Part shown: piece after piece, positions 27,166-36,406 of the stretch
Position numbering within the stretch: the first letter of the stretch is position 1
Layout of the letters: every line of letters begins with the position of its first letter
Program-made: the position numbers and the translations under genes
The notes under the pieces: model-generated
The model's input: only the letters and a program-made list of their open reading frames with translations
Told to the model about the DNA's origin: nothing
Databases searched by the model: none
Assembly: GCA_963785845.1 (NCBI GenBank)
Contig: CAWAWP010000001.1
Coordinates: 313,132-377,131 of the forward strand
From: an uncultured Chloroflexia bacterium
GTDB lineage: Bacteria > Chloroflexota > Ktedonobacteria > Ktedonobacterales > JADMIN01
Direction of reading: 5' to 3'
DNA: 64,000 nt

Positions 27166-29331
27166 TTACTTGCCAATGACGCCGTTAGCGGCGAAATACA
27201 CCAGAATGAGAATGACCATCGCCCCACCGAAGAGCGCCGCGCCGTAGCTCTGCAACTCGCCGGACTCGGTACGCCGCGTGACGCTGCCGAGGCCGCGCAC
27301 CGCCCGTGCGGAGCCGTTGACGACCCCGTCGATGATGTGCTGGTCGAACCAGACGGCGAGATTCGAGAGGCCGAAGACGACGCCACGAATGATCAGTTGG
27401 TAGAGTTCGTCGATGTAGTAGTGGCGATAGAGCAACTGATGGATCGCGGCGCCGACAGGGTTGCGCGTCAGGGCGTTCGCCGGGACGACCGCGATGCCGT
27501 ACATCGTCCAGGCGACCAAGATGCCCACGATGCTCGCGCCAATGCCGACGAACGTGAAGTTATCGAGCCCCGGCGTGACCGTATAGTTGACGTTCTGACC
27601 GCCGTTGAGGAACCAGGCGAAGCCAACATTCAGGCCGGCGAAGCCCAGAAGCCCAATGACGACGGTGACACTGGCGAGCAGCACCAGCGGCAGCCACATC
27701 ACCCAGGGTCCGTCGTGATTGCCATGGAGCGGACCGTCGCCGCGATAGATGTTCGCGCTGCCCCAGAAGCCAGCGAAGGCCCCGCCCGCGCCGCCGAACG
27801 TGCGGAAGTAGAGGCGGAACATGTAGAAGGCTGTGAGGAAAGCGGTAAAGAGCGTCATACCGTAGATCAGGTAATCACCCTTGTCGAATGCGAGGGCGAT
27901 GATCGGGTCTTTGCTCCAAAAGCCGGAGAACGGCGGAATGCCCGAAATCGAGAGGCAGGCGATCAGGAAGCAGAACGCGGTGATTGGCATGAACTTCGCC
28001 AGACCGCCCATCTTGCGCATGTCTTGCACGGCGACGGCATGGATCACGCTGCCGGAGCCGAGGAAGAGCAGCGCCTTGAAGAAAGCGTGGGTGAAGAGGT
28101 GAAACATGCCAACGGCGTTGGTGTCCGCGACGGCGAGGCCGGTAAACATATAGCCGAGCTGGCTGATCGTCGAGTAGGCGAGTACGCCCTTGATGTCGTT
28201 CTGCGTGAGGGCGATGGTTGCCGCGAAAAGCGCCGTGAAGGCGCCAATGTAGCCGACGACCTGGAGTGCCTGGGGGCCGGCGGAGAGCGCATAGATCGGA
28301 AAGAGGCGCGCGACGAGGTAGACGCCCGCGGCCACCATCGTCGCCGCGTGGATCAGCGCGCTCACCGGCGTCGGGCCAGCCATGGCGTCCGGCAGCCAGA
28401 CGTGGAGCGGGAACTGCGCGGACTTGCCGATCGCGCCGCAGAACACCAGGATCATCGCAGCGGTGATCACGCCTTTGTCGGCGGTAAGCGTCGCACGATT
28501 GAGCGAGACGAAATCGAAGGTACTGGTGTTGACGAAGAGGATCAGGATGCCGATGAGGAAACCGAAGTCGCCGAGGCGCGTCGTGACGAATGCCTTGAGC
28601 TGCGCCGGTGGCGGATAGGGCACCTCGGAGCCGGGAGGCGGCGGCGCGTGATAGAACCAGAAGCCGATCAGCAGATAGGACGAGAGGCCCACCAACTCCC
28701 AGCCGATGAAGATCACAAGGAAGTTGGCGGCGAGCACGAGGATCAGCATCGACACGGTGAAGAGCGCCAGTTCGGTGAAGAAGCGCGGGAAGCTGACGTC
28801 GCCAGCCATGTAGCCGAGCGAGTAGAGGTGCACCAACATCGAGACGCCAGTGACGACGACGAGCATGATACAGGTGAGGGTGTCGACCCGGAAATCAATG
28901 TTGTAGTGCAGCGGCCCGAAGCTGAACCAGGAATAAAGATGCGTGGTGACGCCGTGAGCACGCAGCGCGGCATCATTGAGGTACTCGATGAGGATGGCGA
29001 CGGAGAGCGCGAAGGACGCGAGGACCAGCAGGACGCCGATCCACCCGCCAAGTTGCGAGAGGAGCGGTGTGCTGGCGCCATGACCGCCGTGGCCGCCGCC
29101 GTGATCGTCGTGAGCGCTGGCGGCTTGCGAGTCGTTGGCGTCGTTCTGCGCTTCGTGCCCGGCCTCGGTATCAGGCTCGCCGTGAGCGCCAACCGCGGCA
29201 TGGGGGTTGCCGCCGGCGGGCGCATTGGCGTTGCGCAGACGTATCGAGTTCGGGATCGTCAGCAGCAGGTTGATCACCATCGCCGCTAGTGGCAGCGCGA
29301 CCACGAGCCAGGCCCAGTCAACAGGTCTCAT
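27166..29331 (-). CDS. nuoL: NADH-quinone oxidoreductase subunit L, with a His/Asp-rich insertion after TM1
   Basis: Motifs WLPDAMAGPTPVSALIHAATMVAAG and AYSTISQLGYM, plus a long C-terminal amphipathic region. Start trimmed to ATG 29331 (MRPVDWAWLVV); the ORF track begins at 29364. Confidence 0.9.
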   Translation of the reverse strand: MRPVDWAWLVVALPLAAMVINLLLTIPNSIRLRNANAPAGGNPHAAVGAHGEPDTEAGHEAQNDANDSQAASAHDDHGGGHGGHGASTPLLSQLGGWIGVLLVLASFALSVAILIEYLNDAALRAHGVTTHLYSWFSFGPLHYNIDFRVDTLTCIMLVVVTGVSMLVHLYSLGYMAGDVSFPRFFTELALFTVSMLILVLAANFLVIFIGWELVGLSSYLLIGFWFYHAPPPPGSEVPYPPPAQLKAFVTTRLGDFGFLIGILILFVNTSTFDFVSLNRATLTADKGVITAAMILVFCGAIGKSAQFPLHVWLPDAMAGPTPVSALIHAATMVAAGVYLVARLFPIYALSAGPQALQVVGYIGAFTALFAATIALTQNDIKGVLAYSTISQLGYMFTGLAVADTNAVGMFHLFTHAFFKALLFLGSGSVIHAVAVQDMRKMGGLAKFMPITAFCFLIACLSISGIPPFSGFWSKDPIIALAFDKGDYLIYGMTLFTAFLTAFYMFRLYFRTFGGAGGAFAGFWGSANIYRGDGPLHGNHDGPWVMWLPLVLLASVTVVIGLLGFAGLNVGFAWFLNGGQNVNYTVTPGLDNFTFVGIGASIVGILVAWTMYGIAVVPANALTRNPVGAAIHQLLYRHYYIDELYQLIIRGVVFGLSNLAVWFDQHIIDGVVNGSARAVRGLGSVTRRTESGELQSYGAALFGGAMVILILVYFAANGVIGK

Positions 29332-29467
29332 CCGTTTCGCTCCGTTACCGACTTCTCCACACAAGCCCGTCCCACGACTACTGGAGCCTGCTCATGCTTG
29401 GCGGTGTCCGGCATGCCGCCCGACGCGCGGCTCACCGCGATTCCGCGGCGCATCTGAAACACGCTGG

Positions 29468-29794
29468 TTACCACCGCATCAGGTTGATCTCGCCGACATC
29501 GATGGTCTTGCGTCGCCGGTAGATGGCGATGATCATCGCCAGGGCAACCGCCGCCTCCGCCGCCGCGACCGTGATGATGAAGACGGCGAAGACCTGACCA
29601 GTCAAGCGATCGCCGTGATGTTGCGTATTTGACATGAACGAGGCAGCGTACGCCACGAGGGTGATGTTTACGGCGTTGAGCATGACCTCAATGTTCATGA
29701 GGATGGCGACGGCGTTGCGCTTGCTCAGCGCGCCGAAAAGGCCGATGCAGAAGAGCACGGCACCCAACACCAAGAAGTGATTCAGCGTGATCAA
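29468..29794 (-). CDS. nuoK: NADH-quinone oxidoreductase subunit K
   Basis: 108-aa protein with three TM helices and the C-terminal motif AAAEAAVALAMIIAIYRR. Confidence 0.9.
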   Translation of the reverse strand: MITLNHFLVLGAVLFCIGLFGALSKRNAVAILMNIEVMLNAVNITLVAYAASFMSNTQHHGDRLTGQVFAVFIITVAAAEAAVALAMIIAIYRRRKTIDVGEINLMRW

Positions 29795-29815
29795 CAGCGT
29801 GCCCTCCCTGGTTGC

Positions 29816-30349
29816 TCAGTCCTCGCGCCCGATCATGATGGCCCCGATGATCGCCACCAATAAGACTACTGAAGCGATTTCAAAAGGCAGCACGTAGCTG
29901 TAGGCGAACGGGCTATAGAGCAGTTGGCCGATTCTGACCACCGTGCCGCCCTGGCCCGACGAACCCGCCAACGGAATCGCCATACCCGCGGAGCCGACGA
30001 TCATCGGACTGTTGCCGACGGCGTAAATGATGCCGCCGCCGAGCAGTATGCATATCAGACCCGCCAGCCACCACTGCCCGCTAAATGGATTGCTTGTGCC
30101 GCTCATGCTGTGTTGCGTCAACATGATGGCGAAGAGGATCAGAACGGCGACCGCGCCCGCGTAGATCAAGATCTGCACGATGGCGATGAACTCGGCGTTC
30201 AATAGGACGTAAATGCCAGCCGCCGCGCCGAAAACGACGACGAGAAACAACGCGGCATGCACGATGTTCTTGAGAAAGACCACCGCGAGCGCGGAGCCGA
30301 CGAGCATCGCCGCCAGTATCCAGAACGCCACAGCGGGGATGTCGATCAT
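29816..30349 (-). CDS. nuoJ: NADH-quinone oxidoreductase subunit J
   Basis: 177-aa polytopic protein immediately upstream of nuoK. The N-terminus FWILAAMLVGSALAVVFLKNIVHAALFL is typical of NuoJ. Confidence 0.85.
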   Translation of the reverse strand: MIDIPAVAFWILAAMLVGSALAVVFLKNIVHAALFLVVVFGAAAGIYVLLNAEFIAIVQILIYAGAVAVLILFAIMLTQHSMSGTSNPFSGQWWLAGLICILLGGGIIYAVGNSPMIVGSAGMAIPLAGSSGQGGTVVRIGQLLYSPFAYSYVLPFEIASVVLLVAIIGAIMIGRED

Positions 30350-30668
30350 AGCGGCTCCTCCTCAAGCGCGCAGCAAGCAACGCGTGATGAATCGCTGGAG
30401 TGTACCGGTCGGAGCATGCGCGGCGCGAGCGGAAAGGAGATGAGTGAAGGCTGAATACATCAGGCTCCGCGCAGATTGCCATCTCTAATTGTATCATGCG
30501 GCGTCAATTGGCTGAGCATGCAATTTGCGGGACAAATGGCCGCCTCAACCGGCCTTTGGCAGCAGATGGCGACTGCGTGTTCTGCCTCGGCAGGAGGCGT
30601 TCGAAGGGCTCCTGAGTGCAGTTGATCGGCCAGCCAACGGACGTCAGAGAGGGCGATCTGCACGCGCC

Positions 30669-32339
30669 TTATCCATGCAGCGCACCGGGCGCGGCTCCGG
30701 TCGTGGGCGTGGCGACGCTGTGGCGACCACGCAAGCCCGCAAGGTTGAACCCTGGTCCCTCGATCAGCAGGCCCGCCGCCACCGCCGAGACCACCGCCAG
30801 CGCCGCCGAGATCAGCATCGCCACGCGGAATCCTGCGACGAACGACTGATCGATGGCGCCCTTGACGGCGGCATGCGTCGATGCGCTCAGCCCCGCGGGG
30901 ATGTTGACGCCCGCCAGTCGGGTGCGCTGTGCGTTGAGCGCCTCCTGAACCCCTGTGGGCAGGTGCAGCGCGGCGATGTTGCCGTCGTAGTGCGTGCTGA
31001 ACACCAACACCACGACGATGTTCAACGCGGCGATAGCGATCAGTCCGGCGGTGCGCGAGACGGAGTTATTGATCCCTGAGGCCGTCCCGGAGTGCGACGA
31101 GGCCACCGCGCCCATCACCGTCGTGGTCAGCGGCGCGATCACCAGTGCCATGCCCAGGCTGAGCACGACGACGGCGGGAAAGTAGGTCGTCCAGTAGCTG
31201 CCGCCGACATCGGGGAGCGCAAACAGCACGAAGCCGACGGCGACAATCAGTGGCCCGATAATCAATGGACGCTTGGCGCCGAAACGCGGCACCAGCCCAC
31301 CAGCCCAGCGCGAGAGCGCGAAGACGATGATGGTAAACGGCAAGAACGCCGCGCCCGCCTCTGCCGGCGAATAGCCCTGCACCTGTTGCAAGTTGAATGG
31401 CAGGAAGTAGAGCGCGCCGCCGAGTGCGCCGTAGAGCAAAAGCGTCAACAGGTTCGCTCCGCTGAACGTCTTGGAGGCGAAGAGTTTGAGCGGCATCATC
31501 GGCTCAACGGCAGTCTGCTCGACGCGCACGAAACCCGCCAGCGCGGCAACGCCGACGATCAGCGGCACGACGACTTCCGCCGCGCCGAAACCTACCGCGC
31601 TTGCCTGAATCAGCCCGAAGACCAGCGCGCCGAGTCCGACCGTGGCCAGCACCGCGCCGAGCCAGTCGAGCGGGCCGGTGGCCTCGGGGTCGCGCGTCTC
31701 GACGACGTAACGGAACGTGACGGCAAGCGTGATCGCGGCCAGCGGCACGTTGATGAAAAAGACCCAGCGCCATGACGTGTTCTGCACCAGCCAGCCGCCG
31801 AGCACCGGACCAATCGCGGAGGTGATCGTCGTGAACGCCGACCAGGTGCCGATCGCGCGCCCCCGGCGCTGGGAATCAAACGAGGCGCTGATGATCGCCA
31901 GGCTCCCCGGCACGAGCAGCGCCCCGCCAATGCCCTGAACGCCCCGGGCGATGATCAGCACGAGGATGTTGGGGGCAAGCCCACAGACCACTGAGGCCGC
32001 GGTGAAGAGGATGATACCCGCGGAGAAGATGCGGCGGCGCCCCAGGCGGTCGCCCAGCGACCCGCCGACGAGAATCAGGGCAGCGAGAAAGATCGCGTAC
32101 GACTGGACGACCCACTGTACGTCCGCTGCCGACGCGCCAAGCTCGCGTTGGATTGTCGGCAGCGCCACGTTGACGACGGTGCCGTCGATAAACGACATGC
32201 TAGAGCCAAGAATGGTGGCGACGACCACCCAGGGCCCAGCATCGCGCACGGCGGAGGGCACACCACTCCCAGAGCTTCTCCCCGCAGGCGAACGCGGATT
32301 TGTTGGGCCTGTCGCCATCGTCGATGCTCCGTTCCCCAT
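30669..32339 (-). CDS. MFS transporter, DHA2/EmrB-like (14-TM type)
   Basis: N-terminal motif MSFIDGTVVNVALPTIQRELG and GDRLGRRRIF. About 14 hydrophobic segments. The exact start is uncertain. Confidence 0.85.
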   Translation of the reverse strand: MGNGASTMATGPTNPRSPAGRSSGSGVPSAVRDAGPWVVVATILGSSMSFIDGTVVNVALPTIQRELGASAADVQWVVQSYAIFLAALILVGGSLGDRLGRRRIFSAGIILFTAASVVCGLAPNILVLIIARGVQGIGGALLVPGSLAIISASFDSQRRGRAIGTWSAFTTITSAIGPVLGGWLVQNTSWRWVFFINVPLAAITLAVTFRYVVETRDPEATGPLDWLGAVLATVGLGALVFGLIQASAVGFGAAEVVVPLIVGVAALAGFVRVEQTAVEPMMPLKLFASKTFSGANLLTLLLYGALGGALYFLPFNLQQVQGYSPAEAGAAFLPFTIIVFALSRWAGGLVPRFGAKRPLIIGPLIVAVGFVLFALPDVGGSYWTTYFPAVVVLSLGMALVIAPLTTTVMGAVASSHSGTASGINNSVSRTAGLIAIAALNIVVVLVFSTHYDGNIAALHLPTGVQEALNAQRTRLAGVNIPAGLSASTHAAVKGAIDQSFVAGFRVAMLISAALAVVSAVAAGLLIEGPGFNLAGLRGRHSVATPTTGAAPGALHG

Positions 32340-32957
32340 GAATGTTGCGTGCGGCGCGGTGGCTGGTCATCTTCGCCGATGCCGATCGGCAGTCCGAACG
32401 CAGTGCAGTGCATGATAGTGTACGTCGCCAAACGTGCTCTCGGCTGCTGGGCTTTGGGCAAGCGGCTCTGCCACTCGGCCAGCCGCCAATCATGCCGTGG
32501 AGTCGCCACCAGATAGTTCAGCGCAGCTAACGCCATAATGCGGTGGCGCATGTCGGGCGACACCGGCGACGCCACCCCACAGAACTGTTGCTGAACGTCG
32601 CCACCGTCATACCGAGGTACACCCTAAACCCCCTGTCGCGGACGGTGCGGCTGTCCGTGACGTAAACCGCTTCGGCGAATGCTGGCATGCTCGCCATCGG
32701 GGGTTGCCCGCCATTCCCCGCCGCGCTCCCGAAGGCCATTGCTGCTGCGCACGCTCCAGCAACGAGCCGGACGTCTGCCCGATCGCTGCGGGTGGCTGGT
32801 GTGTTCAAGGCGGCGAATAGGTGCGGGAAGGAAGCCCGCCGCGGATCGAAAGACTGGCTAAGGAACGGCGCCGGTGGCGAGCGGCGAGGAGGGTGTCGAC
32901 GCTGGGTTGCCGTTCGCGGAAAGGCTGACTCGGTCACGCTGTCGTCTAGACTAAGCG

Positions 32958-33380
32958 CTAGCCTTCGATCCACTCTTCGCCGTCCTCGGCGACCTCCTTC
33001 TTCCAGATCGGCACGGTAGACTTGAGCGTGTCGATGGCGTAGCGGCATGCCTCGAACGCTTCGCCGCGATGCGCGCAGGCGACGACGACGACGACACTGC
33101 ATTCGCCGATCTCCAGCCGTCCTACGCGGTGCGCCATCGCGATGCGATCCGTGTCCCAGCGGCGCGCAATCTCCGCCGCGATCGTCGTCATCTCGCGCTC
33201 GGCCATTTCGGCGTACGCCTCGTATTCGAGATAGCGGATGCGCTTGCCCTTATTGTGGTCGCGCACGACGCCTTGGAACGTGACCATCCCGCCAACCGAT
33301 GGATCTTCTACGGCGCGCTCAAGAATGGCGACCGCCGCGGCATCGAGCGGTGATCGAGTAATCTGAACGATTGGGTCCAC
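32958..33380 (-). CDS. moaE: Molybdopterin synthase catalytic subunit
   Basis: Motifs VTFQGVVRDHNKGKRIRYLEYEAY, AHRVGRLEIGECSVVVVVACAHRGEAF, PIWKKE. Start trimmed to GTG 33380 after GGAG; the ORF track begins at 33518. Confidence 0.8.
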   Translation of the reverse strand: MDPIVQITRSPLDAAAVAILERAVEDPSVGGMVTFQGVVRDHNKGKRIRYLEYEAYAEMAEREMTTIAAEIARRWDTDRIAMAHRVGRLEIGECSVVVVVACAHRGEAFEACRYAIDTLKSTVPIWKKEVAEDGEEWIEG

Positions 33381-33541
33381 GTCGCGACTCCGATCCGAAT
33401 AGCATCGCAGATGCCGCAATGAGCAATAGCGCTTTCCGATGGTACGCAGCCGGTCAGTGGCTAGAAAGCCGAAATCGCAAGTCAATCGGCCTCGCAGCGT
33501 CGCGACGTAGTCCACCACTGCGCCCCGTGGTTGGTTGCCGC

Positions 33542-33787
33542 CTAACCGCCGCCCACAGGGGGCAAGAACGCCAATTCGTCGCCGTCGTGAAGCGGCGTGC
33601 GATCGGTCGCGTAGGCGCGGTTGACCGCAAGCGCGCAGCGCGGCAGTACTGGGAGCAAGTTCGCGTGGAGATCGGCGGCGAGCGCCCGCACCGCGGCGAC
33701 ATCGGCGCCCTCTGGCGCCTCAACCGGTTCAGTCTCGCAGCCGGCTGCCTCGCGCGCGCCGGCGAAGTATCGAAGCGTGATCTGCAT
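33542..33787 (-). CDS. moaD: Molybdopterin synthase sulfur-carrier subunit
   Basis: 81-aa ThiS/MoaD-like protein ending in the diagnostic C-terminal PPVGGG. It lies upstream of moaE. Confidence 0.85.
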   Translation of the reverse strand: MQITLRYFAGAREAAGCETEPVEAPEGADVAAVRALAADLHANLLPVLPRCALAVNRAYATDRTPLHDGDELAFLPPVGGG

Positions 33788-33879
33788 GCGTGTGCCTCGT
33801 CGCTTAGCCCCACGATCGCCCCATCACCTGACTATATCACTCTCCCTCCGTCTCGCCGTTTCGGTTATCAAGTGGCGTG

Positions 33880-35427
33880 CTACGCGTCGCCGAACCGCTG
33901 GGCCTCGCCACGCTCGGCGAGCAGTGTCGCCAGTTCTACGAAGGTACGCACGCCGAAACCCGTCGCCCCCGCCGCGCCGTCTGGCTCGCGGGTCGCACGC
34001 GTATAGACGCCGGCGATATCGAGGTGCGCCCACGGGCTCGTGCCGACGAAACGGCTGAGCACTTTCGCGGCGGTGATCGATCCTGAGTTCTTGCCTCCGG
34101 TCTGCTTCACGTCGGCGATCTCGCTGTAGATCAGCTTCTCGTATTCGATGTCCATCGGCATCGGCCAGAGTTTTTCACCTGCCACCTCGGAGGCGGCCAG
34201 GATGCCCCGCTGCAAGGCGTCGTCGTTGCTGAAGAGGCCCGCGCGATACGGGCCGATTGCCGACGCGATGCTGCCGGTGAGCGTCGCCGCGTCGACAATC
34301 GGCGAGTGGCCCTGGGCGACGGCATAGCTGAGCGCATCCGCCAGGATCAGCCGGCCCTCGGCGTCGGTATTGACGATCTCGATGGTCTTGCCATTCATCG
34401 CGCGCAGCACATCGCCGACGTGATACGCCGAGCTGCCAGTCATGTTCTCGCAGGTGGGCACGATTCCGGTCACGTTGATGGGCGGCTTGAGCACGGCGAT
34501 CGCGCGCATCGCTCCGAGCACCGCCGCCGCGCCGCACATGTCCATCTTCATCGTGAGCATGCCTTCGGTGGTCTTAATCGAGAGGCCGCCAGAGTCGAAG
34601 GTGATGCCTTTGCCGACGAATGCGGGGCCAACGTCACCCGCCTCGCCGCCGCGATGCCGCAGCACGATGAAGCGCGGCTCTTCGGCGCTGCCGCGCGTGA
34701 CCGCCAGCAGCGCGCCCATGCCCAGCTCGCGCATACGCTCGGCCCCGAAGATCTCGACGTCGAGCCCAAACTCGTCGGCCATAAGGCGGGCGCGTTCCGC
34801 CAGTTCGGAAGGTGTCAGCGTGTTCGGCGGCTCATTGCCGAGGTCGCGTGCCCAGTTGGCAGACTCCGCCAGGATGCGCCCGCGCTCCACGGCGGCACGC
34901 AGCGCCGGTTCGCGTCCTTTGCCCAGCACGGTCAGCGAGTGGATCTCGTGCGTGGTGGAGTCGTCGGTCATGTTGGCGTCGACCCACGGTGTGGATTTGT
35001 AATTGCGGAAGCGGTAGAGGCCGAGCAGCGCGCCCTCGGTGACGGCACGCGCCGCCAGCGCCAGGTTGAGACCGGAATCCGTCCAGGCGAGGGCAAGGCC
35101 GATAGTGCTCGCGCCCGCTCGGCGCAGTTTGCGACAGGCAATCGCCGAGGCTCGCCGTGCGCGATGGGGTCCGAAGCGTGCGCGGCTACCGAATCCGACC
35201 ACCGCGACGCGCTCGGGTACGATTTTGCCGAGGGTATGGACGAGCACGCATTCGTCCGCGACGCCGGTGATCTCGCCTTGGGAGCGGAGCCGGGTGAGGA
35301 CACCCGCCATCGACTCGTCGAGGATCGCCGCCGGGCCGACGAGCTCCGCATCGTCCGAAAACACGCCGACCACCACGGCGTCGCCGTCAAACTGCTGCAC
35401 GTCTCTCGTGCTGACACGAACGTCCAT
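33880..35427 (-). CDS. pepA: Leucyl aminopeptidase (M17 family)
   Basis: Motifs VGKGITFDSGGLSIK, NTDAEGRLILADAL, DIAGV. Start trimmed to ATG 35427 (MDVRVSTRD); the ORF track begins at 35475. Confidence 0.9.
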   Translation of the reverse strand: MDVRVSTRDVQQFDGDAVVVGVFSDDAELVGPAAILDESMAGVLTRLRSQGEITGVADECVLVHTLGKIVPERVAVVGFGSRARFGPHRARRASAIACRKLRRAGASTIGLALAWTDSGLNLALAARAVTEGALLGLYRFRNYKSTPWVDANMTDDSTTHEIHSLTVLGKGREPALRAAVERGRILAESANWARDLGNEPPNTLTPSELAERARLMADEFGLDVEIFGAERMRELGMGALLAVTRGSAEEPRFIVLRHRGGEAGDVGPAFVGKGITFDSGGLSIKTTEGMLTMKMDMCGAAAVLGAMRAIAVLKPPINVTGIVPTCENMTGSSAYHVGDVLRAMNGKTIEIVNTDAEGRLILADALSYAVAQGHSPIVDAATLTGSIASAIGPYRAGLFSNDDALQRGILAASEVAGEKLWPMPMDIEYEKLIYSEIADVKQTGGKNSGSITAAKVLSRFVGTSPWAHLDIAGVYTRATREPDGAAGATGFGVRTFVELATLLAERGEAQRFGDA

Positions 35428-35594
35428 GAGCCCCCCTACGTTTCTTGAGCAGTGAGCAGGCTCTCCCGGAGCCACCGCCAGGGGTAAAGGCGCAACAGAT
35501 ATATTGTGGGTATTGTATCAGGGCGTACCCACCGTGCCGTGCTTTCGCAGCGGGTCGCGCCTAGGTGCGGTGCATGGAGGAAGGGTGGGGAGGC

Positions 35595-36116
35595 TCAGTT
35601 GGTGGCGCCAGCTAGCATGCGCGCGACGACACTGAGCAGTTCGGTGGGGTGGAAGGGCTTGGCGAGATAGTCGGTGCAGCCGGCGCGTAGCGCGAGTTCG
35701 CGGTCCTCAGACATGGCGTGGGCAGTGACGGCGACGATCGGCAGTGCGGAGCAGTCGGGCCGCTGACGGATAAGCTGGGTCGTGCGATAGCCGTCGAGGA
35801 TCGGCATGGAGAGATCGATCAACACGACGTCCACCCGCTCGCGTCCCAGTATCTCCAGCGCCTCTATGCCGTTGGTGGCCGAGCGATAGCTATATCCGGC
35901 GAAGTCGAGGATCTGTTCGACGAGGCGGCGGTTATTCTCCTCGTTTTCGACGATCAGGATCACTCCCTGATGGGGTGTGGAGTGATGCGCGAGCGGCTGC
36001 TCCCGCGAAGCCGGTTTCCCCCAATTTGACGCGTCGTTCGCGGCATCCTCTGCGGCGGCGTCTGGCGCCGGCGTGGAGCGCTCAACGTGGGCGGAAACGA
36101 CGGTTGACGGTTGCAT
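35595..36116 (-). CDS. Stand-alone response-regulator receiver protein with an N-terminal low-complexity extension
   Basis: Receiver motifs ILIVENEENN, VLIDLSMPILDG, LAKPF. No output domain. Start trimmed to ATG 36116 after GGAGG; the ORF track begins at 36242. Confidence 0.8.
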   Translation of the reverse strand: MQPSTVVSAHVERSTPAPDAAAEDAANDASNWGKPASREQPLAHHSTPHQGVILIVENEENNRRLVEQILDFAGYSYRSATNGIEALEILGRERVDVVLIDLSMPILDGYRTTQLIRQRPDCSALPIVAVTAHAMSEDRELALRAGCTDYLAKPFHPTELLSVVARMLAGATN

Positions 36117-36406
36117 TGGCCGGCCTCCAATGGTCGCGAGAGATACCGCCAACGCCGACGGGGCGCGGCGCGTATCGGGGCAGATGCCTGGTTCCCCACG
36201 CACCACCCCGCCCCGCGCGCATCGCGCCCCGTACCCTGGCATTGTAGCACGCGGGCGCAGTGGGTCAAGTGTCGTATCTCACACCCCCTGCTCGCGCTCA
36301 AGCGAAAGCGCCGCCACAACCTCGATGTTCAGCCCACTTGCGCGCATCGCCCCGCTCGCTTATACTTTAGACGTTCACCTAATGTTGCAGACTCTCGACC
36401 ACGTGG

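Noticed and set aside
27337-29289. Very long ORFs lie antisense to real genes. Examples are 27337..29289 (650 aa, opposite nuoL), 12173..13333, 18534..19724, 10854..11954, 62410..63279 and 25628..26413.
   Set aside because: Their translations are dominated by R/G/A/D/E/H with no domain-like motifs. The opposite strand carries unmistakable conserved genes. These are standard GC-rich shadow ORFs.
32340-32720. There is coding-like third-position GC in two consecutive minus-strand frames: MASMPAFAEAVYVTDSRTVRDRGFRVYLGMTVATFSNSSVG, then ASPVSPDMRHRIMALAALNYLVATPRHDWRLAEWQSRLPKAQ... This suggests a frameshifted small gene upstream of the DHA2 transporter.
   Set aside because: I cannot assign a family. 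The second frame has no stop before running about 265 nt into the transporter gene, and the frame switch sits at a short G-run. It may be a decayed gene or a sequencing indel, and the evidence is too weak to annotate.
33788-33879. A possible Moco riboswitch upstream of moaD, and likewise upstream of the molybdoenzyme at 57264..57454.
   Set aside because: The moaD leader is too short, only about 45 nt after a TGATATAGT extended -10. Neither region contains the conserved Moco-motif strings as I recall them. An Rfam scan would settle it.
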